Numbered from the whole stretch's first letter, positions 1-13,879 are shown. The stretch: DNA of 55,917 nt, filler included, from Dugesia japonica (GCA_001938525.1; 5 parts of 5 records of this genome joined end to end with filler, not necessarily neighbours in it); one strand, 5' to 3'. Notes: generated by a model from the letters alone, not told the origin. Program-made: numbers and translations.

Positions 1-931
1 AAAAAAATTCGCTTAAATTTCCCGAATTTCAGCCTATGGGCTTAAGTTTGTAAAACTCCGGTACTTATATATTATTTTAATATTTCAAAGTTAATAATAA
101 TGGGGACAAGTAGATTTTCAAAATTTTTTTTATCATAATCAAATATTTTGGAATGTTTTGATAAGAAAAATTCTAATATTCAAATGAAATTATAGAAGAT
201 TCCAGGAAACAGTATTAAAGTCGAATATTGAAACTTTTACTGAATATGAGAAAATACTAAAATTTGGAATTCGTTGTGAATATTTTGAGATCTATTTAAT
301 TCTAAAAACAAATTGTATTTAATCAATTGCTGCAAAAAAAAAACCAAAGCACTGTATTTTATCGTATATACTCGCGAATTTTCTAACTCCACTAGACTCT
401 GCGTGTTGTGCAAAGGCGCGTGGTTATTCCAATACTTTTTAATATAACGATACATCGGTTTTTTTTTGTTTGGCTAGGTTTGAATTTTTATATTAAACAT
501 AACTTGACTGTGCATGTTAGACTTGACTTGACATAAATAAATATTTCAGAATCCTAATTTTAGCATCCCGTGTGTTGTAATATTATACGGTTTACGACGA
601 AAATATTAGAATAGTAACCTCTTTGAAGAATTTTTATTTCATTGCATGGGGTATCTCAAGAAATGTTTACATAAAACATAAATACGCGATGATGCAGGGT
701 GCGAAAATATCGTAATATTATTAAATTTATCCTCCGTTTTTATTTTTAAATATTATTATTATAGTAATGATCCAAATTATACCATAATATTTAAAGTGCA
801 TTCCTAATTTAATTAAATTAAACAAAATCCTTTGACGTCATTTATTGGTAGTTAATTATCTCCTTGATTGCTCTTTTTATCTATTTGGGTTACATTTCTT
901 TTGACATTTTATAGTAACTGTTTCTTTCAAG

Positions 932-1124
932 GCAGTCAGATACAAAATCTCAAAAATCGTCAAGTGATTTATTCAAATCTAAAAGTTTCCAATGTTCTAC
1001 AACAATCCAAAGAAGAACAAGCGTTTTTTCAAAATTCCAGAGAAATAAGGATTCGGTTAATGAATCTGTAAAGAATAGTTTACATCAAGGTTTAAAATGC
1101 ATGAGAGCAATTTTAAATAATCAA
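932..1124 (+). CDS. FMNL: Formin-like (FMNL family) exon, GBD region; 5' boundary uncertain, upstream exons not seen
   Basis: Open frame ends SLHQGLKCMRAILNNQ, matching the FMNL CLRAIMNYQ motif. Phase-0 donor GTAAGA at 1125. Acceptor guessed at tttctttcaAG (931). Confidence 0.75.
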
Positions 1125-2085
1125 GTAAGATATAAATTTTTTAATAATGTATGAACGATTAATTAATTTTCAATTTTAATTATTTGATGTTTTTTTCTTA
1201 ATTATTATTATTAATATATCTTAATAAAATTCTAAAGTTTAATATTCTTAAAAAAAATATTCCTAATTAATTTTTCTAAATGCGAAGATCAAAATTGTTT
1301 TTTTTTCATTTTACTAGATTAATCTATATGTCGACATAGTTTTCATCAGGATTAACAATATTATAAAAAATTATAATTTTATGGATAAAACTTGAATTTT
1401 TTTTTAAAAGTTTAAGATAAAAGTAAATATTAATTTTATAAATACCTGTTTTCTTGTATACTATTAAATACTATGATCCATTTTATTTAATTTTAAATTT
1501 TGAATGATTTCATTTTTTTTATAAAATAATTCTTTCAAATAAATTAATGTTTTTTAAAAATGGATTCGTAAATAAAAAAAATTATAACATTGAAGTAGAA
1601 AGTAGTAGATTTACGGATCAAAATTAGAAAATATCTCTGATTAGTTCGTGTCATTATAATTTTTTAATTTATTTATAAATTAAAAATGAATTTATTAGTT
1701 TTTAAATTTTCTTTTTATAAAATCATGTTTCCCATAAAAATATCTGATTATTATTCGACAAATCAAAATATGTATATTTCATAATAAATGACATGCCGAT
1801 AAATGATGAGATGATATTAATTATTATAATGTAATATTTTAAAATTATTTTGAAAATTTCTTGTTTTTAAATTCTATGTGAAAGTTAATTGTCAAATTTT
1901 TTAATTAAAATATTACACTATGACAATTACAAAAATTTCCTCACCAGGAATTAAAAAAGTAATCTCAATTCATATAATTAACACAAAATCATTTTTATTA
2001 AAGAAAATTTTGAAAAATCATTTTTTTTAAAATCGTTTTTATTAATGTAATCTCTTGTAATGCGATTATGAAGAATCAATTATAC

Positions 2086-2427
2086 CAGTGGTGCCCACTA
2101 TTTTTTTCAACAGAGCTACTTTTGAAATATAAGAGCAATTGCGATAGACTGAAATAAATTATCGGTATATTTGTGATAATAGTAGGCTTGGATTTTTAAA
2201 TGTTGCAAACCATACATACTTAATATAAAAACAAATTTAACAACGATTCTTAAAATAGTTTGGAAGTATGAAACAAAAAAATAAACAATTATAAAATTTC
2301 ATATATAAAAGAATCATTCTTTTGCCAAAAGACAGATGGTTGATAAATTAGTTTTTCTATACATAATTTCATATTCGATGGCGATCGACTTTAAATTGTT
2401 AAGCGATCGACCTAATTGNCACCACCG
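2086..2427. mobile_element. Non-autonomous hAT (Buster-like) MITE
   Basis: Imperfect TIRs CAGTGGTGCCCA / TTGNCACCACCG. Perfect 8-bp TSD AATTATAC at 2078-2085 and 2428-2435 with central TA. Confidence 0.85.
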
Positions 2428-3240
2428 AATTATACAGTGAACCGTTAAAAAANNTATGGATTATGCCNCCAATATTTGTTGATNAACATTCTATATTACA
2501 GTGAATATAAAGCATTCAACGCACAATAATTTTTCCAAAGTAGTTTGAAGTGAATGACGATTTCTAGTTAAATATGAGATTTAAAACATAAAACTACATT
2601 TTAATTTCATCCTTCATGAATAGTTCAAAAGAAATTTGAAAGAGGTTAATAANTTTCTTTGAAACTATGCAGGTATTTTATAAATCACTATATATAAAAA
2701 AAGGTATTGTGAGTTTGAGCATGGTCTGTATGGACATTTAATTAAAATTATTGAAATAAAAATGATCTTAATTATCTATAAATTATAATATTTGATGAAA
2801 ACATTATTTTGTACTTTAAAATTTTAGAAATAAATTAATTGTCAATTATATGACAATGTTGTTTTTGGATTCAAATTTATTATACGATAAATTGATTTAA
2901 AAAAACACGAAGAAATATAATTGAAAAAAAAATAGATATTGGTCATTTTAATATTAAAACAAGCTCCAAAATCAAAACACAAATAAACACACATTATTCA
3001 GTGTAATATTTAGACAATAGATTAATTAAATTTTACACTAAAATTTCGCTTTTTAAAAAGTAATTATGAATTTCCTATGTGCGAAATTGTAACTAAAATC
3101 ATGAGTTACTATTATTATAATATCTAATTAGGTGTTCCCCTTATCTCAACATATTATGTAATTCAGCAACCAAATTTTATTGTATAATGCTTTGTTTTTT
3201 CAATTAATTTTGATGTAATTAATTTTTATTTATTTTTCAG

Positions 3241-3317
3241 CGCGGCTGTGAAATGGCCTTCGTACATAGTAGAGCAATTGATGTGATTGCTTTGTGTTTA
3301 TTACATCCAAATTACCA
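3241..3317 (+). CDS. FMNL: Formin-like (FMNL family) exon, GBD/FH3
   Basis: ttttcAG acceptor, then RGCEMAFVHSRAIDVIALCLLHPNY, then GTAAGA donor. Phase 2 joins in frame to the exon at 9244. Confidence 0.85.
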
Positions 3318-4252
3318 GTAAGAATTTTTCTACAATTTTTTTTCCTAGTTTTTATAATTATTATTCATAAATATAAACCGCAATTTTTTCATTTTGTTCA
3401 TTTATTTTGTATGACTCAGATAAAATTTATATTGAATGCAAATTCTGTTNAAAATTATTTTCTGTTTCTCTTTAATGAAACGAAATGATGTCACTAGCTC
3501 GAGGTTAAGCCAGATGTCTACTGAGATTTGGCTATCTGCGTGTGCTCGTGTGTGTGTGCATAATGATATGTGTGTGATACATGAAACAGATCAGTTTTTG
3601 GATATTGGTATTTTGTTACAAATATAAGGATTTCTTGTGTAAATTTATTAAATTTTCATTTAATACTTTTACTCGAATCTCCTACAAAGCCTAAGCCTAC
3701 AATGAATAAGTCCAAATTTATGACTTCTTCACAGAGAATATTAATTGGCATTAAATTTTAAGAAATTCCATTAATAAAATTGATTAATTATCAATAGAGA
3801 TCTTGATTATTGATTTTAAACACTACAATAATAATAGATAAATATTATTCAATCGATAAAGAACGCACAAATAAATCTGATTTTTTCAATTATTAATTAT
3901 AGACTGCTGAAAGTTGATTATATCAAATTCAGTTTATTATGCGAGAAATAATAATTTATTTTTTCGATAAAATAATTTATTAAGAAAGATAAATAATTAG
4001 ATAAAGAAATAATTATTTTTCATGATTTAGAATTCAAGAAGATTTTATTTGATAAAAATGTGTAGTTCTTTTAAATTAGGAAAATACTAAATGGAATTAG
4101 AATTTTTTTTCGTTTTACTGCCACATTTGAAAGTGGTCGTTTGTTATTTTTTTTAGCAAATTAAAGGATGATATTATATTTTCATAAATTTAAATGCGAC
4201 AAGTAAATGTTTTTTTCTACATTTTGTTTTTCCCTTATGAATTATAAAAGTA

Positions 4253-4741
4253 CTAGATATCAACCGTCAAAATTGTCGGTCTGTAAATGAAATTCTAGTA
4301 GTCTAAATATTCCATAATGGTCTGNNNNNNNNNNNNNNNNNNNNNNNNNNNNNNNNNNNNNNNNNNNNNNNNNNNNNNNNNNNNNNNNNNNNNNNNNNNN
4401 NNNNNNNNNNNNNNNNNNNNNNNNNNNNNNNNNNNNNNNNNNNNNNNNNNNNNNNNNNNNNNNNNNNNNNNNTTGACTTTCGTGGTTATTGACTAAATTG
4501 GTATTCTTGATATATTATTTGAGAAATGCATTTTGATATTCAATATATTTTCAATGAAATTATTAATTAAGTTATTAATTAAGAGTCACATAATTTTTTT
4601 TAACAAATACTAACATTTATTTTACTTAAAAATGATGTTGGTTTACAATTTTTCCAAGGTGCGGTTTTTTGTATTTTAACCGTTGAACTTTTATAACTGG
4701 ACAGACAAATTCGCATAAATACAGACATTATATATATAAGA
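4253..4741 (-). mobile_element. Non-autonomous Helitron-like element (spans an N gap)
   Basis: Minus strand begins A|TCTTATATATATAA and ends with hairpin ACCGACAATTTTGACGGT, then CTAG|T. Inserted between A and T with no TSD. Confidence 0.7.
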
Positions 4742-4861
4742 TAATTTTGATTTACATAATCTGATTTTTATTAACTAAAAATTTGTTAAAAAATGAATGA
4801 ACAAATTGAATGTTGATAAAAAAAATTATTGATAATTCACAGCTCTTTCTTTCATATACAT

Positions 4862-5252
4862 CATTGGTTCAAACTTTTTAGGATTTTTTGTGGTGCGGCT
4901 TTATAGAATTTTTCGATGGTTCTCGGACCCTCATAAATTTACAATTTAAATTAATGTGGGAAAGCGCCTTTTCAGCGTTATCGAGACAAACATTAGCTGA
5001 TTTTAAACTATACTCGAGTGTTGAACTTCTTAGTCTAACGAAAAGTAAAGATTCGAGTAAGTGTAATCATTATGAAATACATAATAAACGAACATAAGCA
5101 CTATCTGGTAAATAAATGATTACTTAAGCTTCGTGCGTAGTTAAATGAGATATCTCGGGATAGCCGCTTTATGAATATACTGCAAAGTCGTTGGCAAAAT
5201 ATCTCGTTAAAGTAATCCTGTAGGACCGCGGACCACAGTTTGAGAACCAATG
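4862..5252 (+). mobile_element. Internally deleted hAT derivative
   Basis: Ends CATTGGTTCAAACT / AGTTTGAGAACCAATG are imperfect inverted repeats. Internal WESAFSAL resembles the hAT dimerisation CESAFS motif. TSD degenerate (5/8). Confidence 0.5.
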
Positions 5253-8200
5253 ATAATAATTTTCAGTTAAAATATTTTAAATTGTTAATGGTATTAAAGT
5301 AGAATTATATTCCCCTAAGCAATATAATTTGATTATGTAATCGAAAAGCGTTTAACCTGTTTCTCGCGAATTGCATATTACGTAATAAAACATTATAATT
5401 AGCAATAAAATAGTTGAGATATAGTGAGTGTAACAGACTTAAAAGGACATCAAATAGACAAATAAAAGTTTTTAAATCTCAGTTGTTAAGCATGAGTTTA
5501 TTTCGATCTTAATATTTATTTATTTATCTATAATTTTTAAACATGGAATTGGTATTATTTTATTTTTTTTAATTGGAATTTTAGATATAATTTTTTCATA
5601 AATTAATTAAATTTGTGTTTCACGTATGCTCGAGGCGATAATGACTGACAGTTAAAANNNNNNNNNNNNNNNNNGAATTTATTATTATAATAAATATTAT
5701 AATAACAAATAATATGAATAATAGTTATAATAAATGTCATTAATTTGACTGTATTATATAAAATAATCTCTAAGAATAATTTCAAAATTTGAACTGCTTG
5801 ACATTCATTATTTACTCTTCCAAATCTAAAAACACCTCGATCACATTTAATATGTAATTTGATTGATTAATTCTAGTTGGAAATTTAAAAAGTACAACTC
5901 TCATTTTTTATAGAAAAAATGTTTGTATTTTCTTTTAGTAATTATTGATATTTAAATTAGATTTTATCATGTAAATTAGATCGCTATTTTTCATATGTTG
6001 AATTTTAACATTTTGAATTATAATTATGCTATTTGCAAATTCAATTGATAATAAATCGATTTAAATATAATGTTTATTTGTGGCAGTGATTGATCTCATT
6101 GTAACCTATATCGCAAATTAATTGATCACCGTATTGGTAAATTTTATGTTTGTAATATAAATATTAAATTTAATAAGCTTTTAACAAAGTNTTAATCTCT
6201 TATTTTATTATGTTTATAATTTTGACTTTATGTGAATTTTATTCTAAAATTACTTTTCTCAGATAAAACCCCACTGTCTTTTATATTTTATATTATTTAA
6301 AAAAATTATAGTTATTGTTAGTTCTGTCATTCCTTATAATTATAAAATAAAATTGAATCTATAACTTTAGAACTTTTCAATTTAATTGTATTTCCATGTA
6401 CCAATTTAATAATAATACAGATAAACCTTTAAATAATGAACAGCAGAATCAAAAAATAATCCTTGTTCATTATATGACTTTAGGTGAACAAATTATTTTT
6501 ATTGGTTACTTTATTAACCAATAATATTAAAATATATGACAACAAAACTAGACTAAAATCAACCAAAATATGAAATTTTATTAGTATTTACATATTTGTA
6601 CTTATAAGGAAATCTGTTATTTTAGCTTGTCTGAATTAAAAATTTTCACGGCACACTAATTTTTTGNNNNNNNNNNNNNNNNNNNNNNNNNNNNNNNNNN
6701 NNNNTTAAAATATTATTGCAAACAAATAAATTTCGCACTTAATTGACCAATTAATATTTAAAATTTAAACAACCGTCAAAATATCCCTTATTCGACTTCC
6801 TTTAATTAAATTGTCAAAAAAACGGTATTTTTGACTTTATTTGAAAAATTTCGTGACACACCTTGGCATTTGCCATGGCACACGGTTTGGACAACAATGA
6901 TTTAGAATGTTATGAATGCAGATTGTTTAGTCTCACATTTACGAATACTTGCTTTCATTTTAGATTTTTTAACAATATAATTCTTTGATAAAATTATGAA
7001 GANNNNNNNNNNNNNNNNNNNNNNNNNNNNNNNNNNNNNNNNNNNNNNNNNNNNNNNNNNNNNNNNNNNNNNNNNNNNNNNNNNNNNNNNNNNNNNNNNN
7101 NNNNNNNNNNNNNNNNNNNNNNNNNNNNNNNNNNNNNNNNNNNNNNGCATAATCGGTGTTCAGTTGAAGATAAACAGTGTTACATATAAAAATGAACTAA
7201 ATTCAAAGTAATTAATAAAATACAATGAAATCTTATACCGATTATAAAAAAAAGAACTATTATTTTTACGAATAGTTCCCTGATCTAGAAAGTTTGACAA
7301 CTGCTGCTTTAATTATTAAAATTATTATTTAATAATACTCAATATATATATTTAATGAACATGAGTAATATTAGGTCATTTCAGTTGCCGTTTATATCTG
7401 ACATTATGGATTTTCTAATAAATCCCGTGATTGAAATGTGTGATTAATTTGATGATAAATCTATTCTTGAAATCCTTAAATTATTTAAATTATAATATTC
7501 AATATTATTCTATCCTCTTGAATAGTTATTTCATATCAAGTTAAATAGCAATTTGTTAAATAATATTTATTTTAATATTACAATTACTCTTTTCGCTATT
7601 ATTGATATCAATAATTTTTATCACAATCTTTTATACAAAAATAGTAAAATATATAAAATTTCAAATCAACTAACATCCTCAAATCTATAGTCGGCGCTGT
7701 AATTAGAAGAATTAAGAAAATTATTTTGAAAAATCAAAAAATTTTCTGTTAGACATTTTTATTTTATATTAATATTTTCATTTCTTAAAATTATATATTA
7801 TATAAAATATATTATATTAAATTATATAAAACTTAAGAGATCAATTAATCCTCAAATAATATTAGAATAATATTAAATCGTAATTTATTGTTGATTATGG
7901 TAAATTAATTGATAAACATTATTTTCGTAATTTATTTTAAAAAGATTTTCGCAATCGTTTTTTTCCTTATAAAAAAGAAAAATTTAACTTCGACTTTATA
8001 TTCAGAATTTTTTTACCTTATGTTTCTTTTTTTGAACGATTTTCACTATTAGGAGTTTTAAGATTTAGAAAATTGAGCTTTGTTGATTTGAGAAATATCA
8101 AGACTTTTCTCAAATTTTTGAACATTACAATATAATATAATATTTTCAGAGCCATGGTTTCTGTTTTTTTTTTTTTGCTAAAAGTATATTCTGCATACTA

Positions 8201-9243
8201 TGAGAAACCCTTTCTTGTTTACCAAAACATCAAAAATATTTTTAAAGTCCTAATTTAATATCAAGGCAACCCATGATAAGAGAAACAATATTTTTATGAT
8301 ATTTTTTTTACATAAAATGTTGCGAATGGGATTAACAAAACAATTAGAACCAAGTTATAAACTCTAGATTTTTTTTTGATTATTATATCACTAGATGAAC
8401 TCAGATTTTTCTATTAATCAATATCATTTGTAGTTCTTAGAACTTAGAAGAAAAGATAAAAAATTTACTTTTTAATTAATTGCTATGTCATGTTATGTAT
8501 AAAAATAAACATAAACATAAAAAGTTATAAAAACTCAAACATTACATTTAATTTAGTCAAAAGATTAACAGTCAAAAAAATTATCTTCTCATCTAAAAAT
8601 TACCAATGATATTAAATAAGAGATTAAATTTTAAAAGAATTGAGTATANNNNNNNNNNNNNNNNNNNAAAAAAATTCAAAAAATAAAACTAGTTCTTACT
8701 ATTGTATTAAAAAAAAATTAAAATTATAAGAATGTTGTTTTTTATCTCAAGGGTAGGTTAATCTGATTTTTTGAGATTTTTGACAATTTTGACTTTATTA
8801 TATACTTTTATGCGATTACAGATGTTTTTACATGTTATTAACAAGTTTTAATTTATTTAAAAATTTTGAAGTATTTAAAATTTATGTAATTGACTTTAGT
8901 GACAAAAGCTGCCCTAATAATTAGTTTAATATCACTTTTCATTTATAAATAAATTAAATTAACATTTCAAATTGTTAATTTTTTTACACAAAAGTCTTTT
9001 TATATTTTGTAGATTAAATGAGTTTAAAAATTTAATAAATAATTAAATTTTTATTTTTTATTTGATTAATTATTTGATTTAATTTTTTTAATCATTATCA
9101 AAATTTATATCCATGTAAAATGANAAAGGATTATATATATATATTATTTATTTTTTTTTATTTATTTGTATATTTATTTTTTTTATATCTATCTTTATAT
9201 AGTTATGTATGATCTTATTATATTTATAAATTTTAAACTTCAG

Positions 9244-9430
9244 AACGAAAACTTTAGTTTTGGAAACCCTTGCCGCTATATGTTTAATTGTAAATGGTTT
9301 ACAGAAGGTTCTTGCTGCATTTGAATATTTCAAAGAAATTACCGGAGAAAGTCGAAGATTCGATACGTTGATAACGTATTTTCGCGATCACGAAACATTC
9401 AAAGTTGATGATTACAATATTGATTTTATG
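9244..9430 (+). CDS. FMNL: Formin-like (FMNL family) exon, FH3
   Basis: TKTLVLETLAAICLIV...RRFDTLITYF...YNIDFM resembles FMNL TKALVLELLAAVCLV...NIDFM. AG/GT boundaries present. Confidence 0.92.
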
Positions 9431-9478
9431 GTAGATATTTTATGCAATTTCAATGTGCATATTTTCAAATTCTGTTAG

Positions 9479-9589
9479 GTTTCTTGTACGCAATTTATTA
9501 ATATTGTGGTACATTCTGGTGAAGATATCAATTTAAGAGTATATTTACAGCAAGAATTCACAATATTAGGCTTGGATGAATTCTATAAA
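9479..9589 (+). CDS. FMNL: Formin-like (FMNL family) exon, FH3
   Basis: [37 protein letters not shown] is a hallmark FMNL FH3 sequence. Flanked by 48-nt and 43-nt GT-AG introns. Confidence 0.93.
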
Positions 9590-9632
9590 GTTCGATTAAT
9601 TTTTTTTTAGTTTGAATAATAAATTATTACAG

Positions 9633-9863
9633 AAACTTGAGGAACGATCAGGTGATCGATTAAAAAAACAGGTTGAAGCTTACAATGGCAATAGAGTTGA
9701 TGTAGCGATTTTACTTGAAGATTCCGATGCCAAAGAGTCCTTGATGCAAGATTTAGAAAGATTAGAACAAGAATTTTACGTTAATGAAGAAAGATACCAA
9801 ACTCAAATTGTGCATATGGAAAATGAGAAAAATGAACTTTTGCAAGCTATTGATCATTTTAAA
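9633..9863 (+). CDS. FMNL: Formin-like (FMNL family) exon, FH3 end/coiled coil
   Basis: KLEERSGDRLKKQVEAYNGNRVDVAILLEDSDAK... followed by a GT donor at 9864, just before the (TAT)n microsatellite. Confidence 0.88.
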
Positions 9864-9882
9864 GTTATTATTATCATCATTA

Positions 9883-9926
<44 letters not shown>

Positions 9927-9989
9927 NNNNNNNNNNNNNNNNNNNNNNNNNNNNNNNNNNNNNNNNNNNNNNNNNNNNNNNNNNNNNNN

Positions 9990-10051
<62 letters not shown>
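9864..10051. repeat. (TAT)n microsatellite in formin intron, with gap
   Basis: Direct trinucleotide run on both sides of an N gap. Confidence 0.95.
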
Positions 10052-10054
<3 letters not shown>

Positions 10055-10087
10055 AATGATTTTCATAATTAGTTCTTGAATTTCTAG

Positions 10088-10424
10088 AGACAGAAAGAAG
10101 AACAAGATAATGAATACAGGACATTAAAACAGCAACTTAACGAGCCTACAAATTTCACTGATAGAGAAAAGGAATTGATAATAAAAATTGGAACATTAGA
10201 AAAAGTACTTAAAGATAAAAACATCCCATATGATGCATTAAAATTAAATTCCGAATCTTCTGACATTATATGTCCTCCGCCAGCTTCCATTCCGTCGCCT
10301 GCTGTTCCTCCACCTCCTGTTGCTCCACCACCACCTGTAGCACCACCACCGTCTTGTGCTCCTCCTCCTCCTGGTCAACCACCAGGAGTTTTAAAATTAG
10401 GTACTGGTGCTATGAATACTCAAA
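10088..10424 (+). CDS. FMNL: Formin-like (FMNL family) exon, coiled coil + FH1 polyproline
   Basis: tttctAG acceptor; PPPASIPSPAVPPPPVAPPPPVAPPPSCAPPPPGQPPG; GTTAGT donor, phase 1. Confidence 0.88.
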
Positions 10425-10498
10425 GTTAGTTTTTTTAAAATATTTTCAAAATTTTATTTAATCTGTTTATTTTTTTAATGTTTATTTATTTCATTTAG

Positions 10499-10775
10499 CT
10501 CAATCAATCAGACCTCCTATTCAAACCAAATTCAAATTGCCAATATTTAACTGGTCAGTATTAAAAAATCAACAATTAAAAGGCACAGTATTTGTTTCAA
10601 TGAACGATGAAGTTTTGTATGATCGATTAGAATTTGAAAAGTTTGAAAATATTTTCAAATTAAACACAGTTACAGATTCTATTCCTAATGGTAATGATTT
10701 TACGGATAACGCTAATGACCGAAACAGTAAAAGAAAACCTGAAAAGAAAACTTTATTAGATGCAAGTAAACATAG
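10499..10775 (+). CDS. FMNL: Formin-like (FMNL family) exon, start of FH2; gene truncated by scaffold end
   Basis: RPPIQTKFKLPIFNWSVLK..QLKGTVF...KKTLLDASKHR matches the FH2 N-terminus. GTAAAT donor at 10776. Confidence 0.9.
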
Positions 10776-11598
10776 GTAAATTATTAATTAATTATTTTTT
10801 TATTAATTTCAATTATTATAATATTAATATGTTAACACGGTAATTGTCAACTATAATTAACATATGGATTGAAATATAGACTTGTTGCGAACAGACACAT
10901 CGCAAACGTGTTTGTTAATGTGTTCAATGAAAATATGAACTGGAGTCTAAATAACTGATTCTCAACCAGATTTTCATGAACTCCGTAGAAAATTTATAGA
11001 AAATTTTTGCAAACTCGTTAATTAATCGAAAAAAAATATTTAATCGATTTGACACTATCTAAAATTAAGTGAATAAATTGAATGCATAGTTTTGACAGCT
11101 TAACTGTGATCCCCAAACAAGTTCATGAATATGGAAATCGAATAACGAATTATAACCAATTTTAACTGATTATGTAATAAGAATATCAATTTTTTTCATA
11201 AATAACTTAACACGCAATTTAATTAAAGTTGCAATAGTAAATCATCTTCAGNAAAACTGTTTAAAACTATGAATAGAGTCAACTAATGTTCCGCATTACG
11301 TAATCAATGGATTGGTTTCGAATCTTATAAAAATAAGTGTAATGAGTGTAATACCGCATACATGGGAGATACTTCTCGTCATCTCTGCTGTATAGAACAT
11401 AGCTGTATAGATAGTCGCAGTAATATTGCAGAACATAGTAATCAGTGCAAATCAGTTATAAATATTAATAAATTCAAAATTTTTGAAGAAATTTTAAAGA
11501 TTATTGTGAAGAATCATGTGTAACAATAGTCATTGATGATTATTTTGTATTATCAAAAATTTATGTCAAACTGGTCTTTTTAAATCTTTTAAAGTCTT

Positions 11599-11698
11599 NN
11601 NNNNNNNNNNNNNNNNNNNNNNNNNNNNNNNNNNNNNNNNNNTTAATTAATTAANNNNNNNNNNNNNNNNNNNNNNNNNNNNNNNNNNNNNNNNNNNN
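11599..11698. other. Artificial scaffold linker
   Basis: 44 N + TTAATTAATTAA (stops in six frames) + 44 N. Confidence 0.97.
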
Positions 11699-11853
11699 TT
11701 TTAAAAATATTTGTTTAAAACACAAATCAATGGTAAAGTTAAATTTTATGAAATTAAAATTTTAAAATGAAAGTTTTAAGTTTGAAATTTGTAAAAAGAA
11801 ATTTTTCATTTCTTTATTTAGTATAATAAAGAATGTTTTCTTTTTTACTTTAG

Positions 11854-13000
11854 ACAAACTAGATGGTCAACAAATACCTCTCGAAATTATAATCAATGGA
11901 ATTATATCACATTTCCAGTTAATCTCAAAAATTCAAAGAAAGATTTAAACAATGAATTATCGCATTCTTCTTTGGAAATTAGTGGACATTTGATATGTGT
12001 TGATAATTTTACAGTTTCTAAACAACCGTGTCGTTCTACTAAAACATTCACAAATAACAATTTTTCAAGTGGTCACAATTTATGGATTACGCAACCATTC
12101 AGTCTTTTGTTAGCTATTATTGTTTTAATGCTGATGCTAATTTTAATTGGTTTAACTTTGAGTTTTGTTTGTGCCAAAAGAACTCAAAGAAATCTCCAAC
12201 GATCAAAACAAACTTCTCGGCGTAATAAAACATTACGTACTGATCGTTTATCTTTACAGAATTCAATTAACAATGATGCTACAATCAATAGTAATTTTGA
12301 TGTTGACACATTTGGTTCCAGTAGACAGTTTTCCAATCAAAATCGTTGTCTACCAGCTGTAGTTCACGTTAGAAGTAATCCGCAATTATTTTGTTATTCT
12401 CGGCATCATTCTTTCTTGGCATCGAAATCTGTTGAGAGTAGTGAAACGAATCCTAATTGCCGATTTTCTCTTGCTTTAACAGAAGATGCTCAAGTCCAGT
12501 TGTTAACGAATAGTAATTTAACAAATGCTAGTCCACCGGTATCAAGCGATTTGTCATCTAGAAATTTACCCATCATTAGACAGCAATCCTTTACCACTAC
12601 TATAAGTCATGAACGGACCCCGTCACCAACTGAACAATGCTCTCGAAACGAAAATTCTACTGTTCAACAAAGACCACAATCTATTGTGGTTGTTCCTAGT
12701 TTTTGTGCTCCAATTATTGATCAGTCAGAATCAGATTTATCCATAGAATCAGTTCATTTGCAGCAAATGCCTCTAAATATTACCAGACTCGACAGATCTC
12801 GCCCGATCCGTGAATCAATGAATATAGGTTACGTCAGTGATAATAGTCCATATGATTTGCCTCATTATGATGCAGCATTGGAATTATTAGCAGCGCACAA
12901 AATGAAATTGGCTCAATCAATAATATCAAACGATCAATCAGATGTCGCCAACAACAATAATAACCCCCATGATTTAGATCAATTTGATTCGATGGAATAG
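11854..13000 (+). CDS. Terminal exon of a single-pass membrane protein (possible MAM-domain end, TM helix, disordered tail)
   Basis: ttactttAG acceptor at 11853 and a long open frame. Hydrophobic LLLAIIVLMLMLILIGLTLSFVCA is followed by basic residues. Upstream W..QWNY...LEISG.LICVDNFTVSKQPC pattern. AATAAA just after the stop. Confidence 0.8.
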
Positions 13001-13879
13001 AAATAAAAGAGGAAATATTTTTTTTGTTGGCTCGTTTACAATTCAATGATATTTTTTATTTAGTATGAAAATCTATTTTAATTCATTGTTGATAATCGAT
13101 TATTTTTTATTGAAAAAGTATTGTAAATATGTGAAATTGAATATTTTTAAATAGATGATTGAATTGATATTATTATAGATTACTATGAAATTTAATTAGA
13201 TTTACCTTAAACAATTTTAATTGCTTTGTAATATGTGAATGTGATAAATTTCTGGATTAGCCTTATCAGTGCTTTGTACTTCTCAATAAACTACTACAGT
13301 TGTTCGCTTAATTTCTTGTAGTTTTTTTTTATTAATTAGATGAAAATCTATGATCTTTTATTATATGAATTTTAAAAAATAAATCACGTCATTTAAAATA
13401 AAATTTTATTGTTAAATATTTCGACGGATCAATTGTCATTATCAAACAAAAATGAGTTTATTCAGTCTATATTATTTAAACAAAGATTTATGCAATTATA
13501 CTGAATATAAGATGGCTATAATGATAAATATTAATTTTTAAAAATTTTTCCGTAAAAAAATTGTTTATTCTATTAAAGATTTTTTTCTAAAATAATAGTT
13601 TACAAAATTACAATTTTAAAATGTATTAAGTTTTATTAGACAAGAAAATAGCCAACATATCAAAGCAAAAATCAATGCTTACTTCATACAGAGCTGGTCT
13701 CATCATTGTCAAATTCTTAACAATATCATTTCGTCTTCTTTTCTCTAACTCTGTTGTTCTTAGCATCTTTCNNNNNNNNNNNNNNNNNNNNNNNNNNNNN
13801 NNNNNNNNNNNNNNNNNNNNNNNNNNNNNNNNNNNNNNNNNNNNNNNNTCGCTGCACGTCTTTAAGAAGGATATATCAA

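Noticed and set aside
3445-3702. Possible solo LTR in formin intron
   Set aside because: TG..CA ends are possible but no matching TSD or second copy was found.
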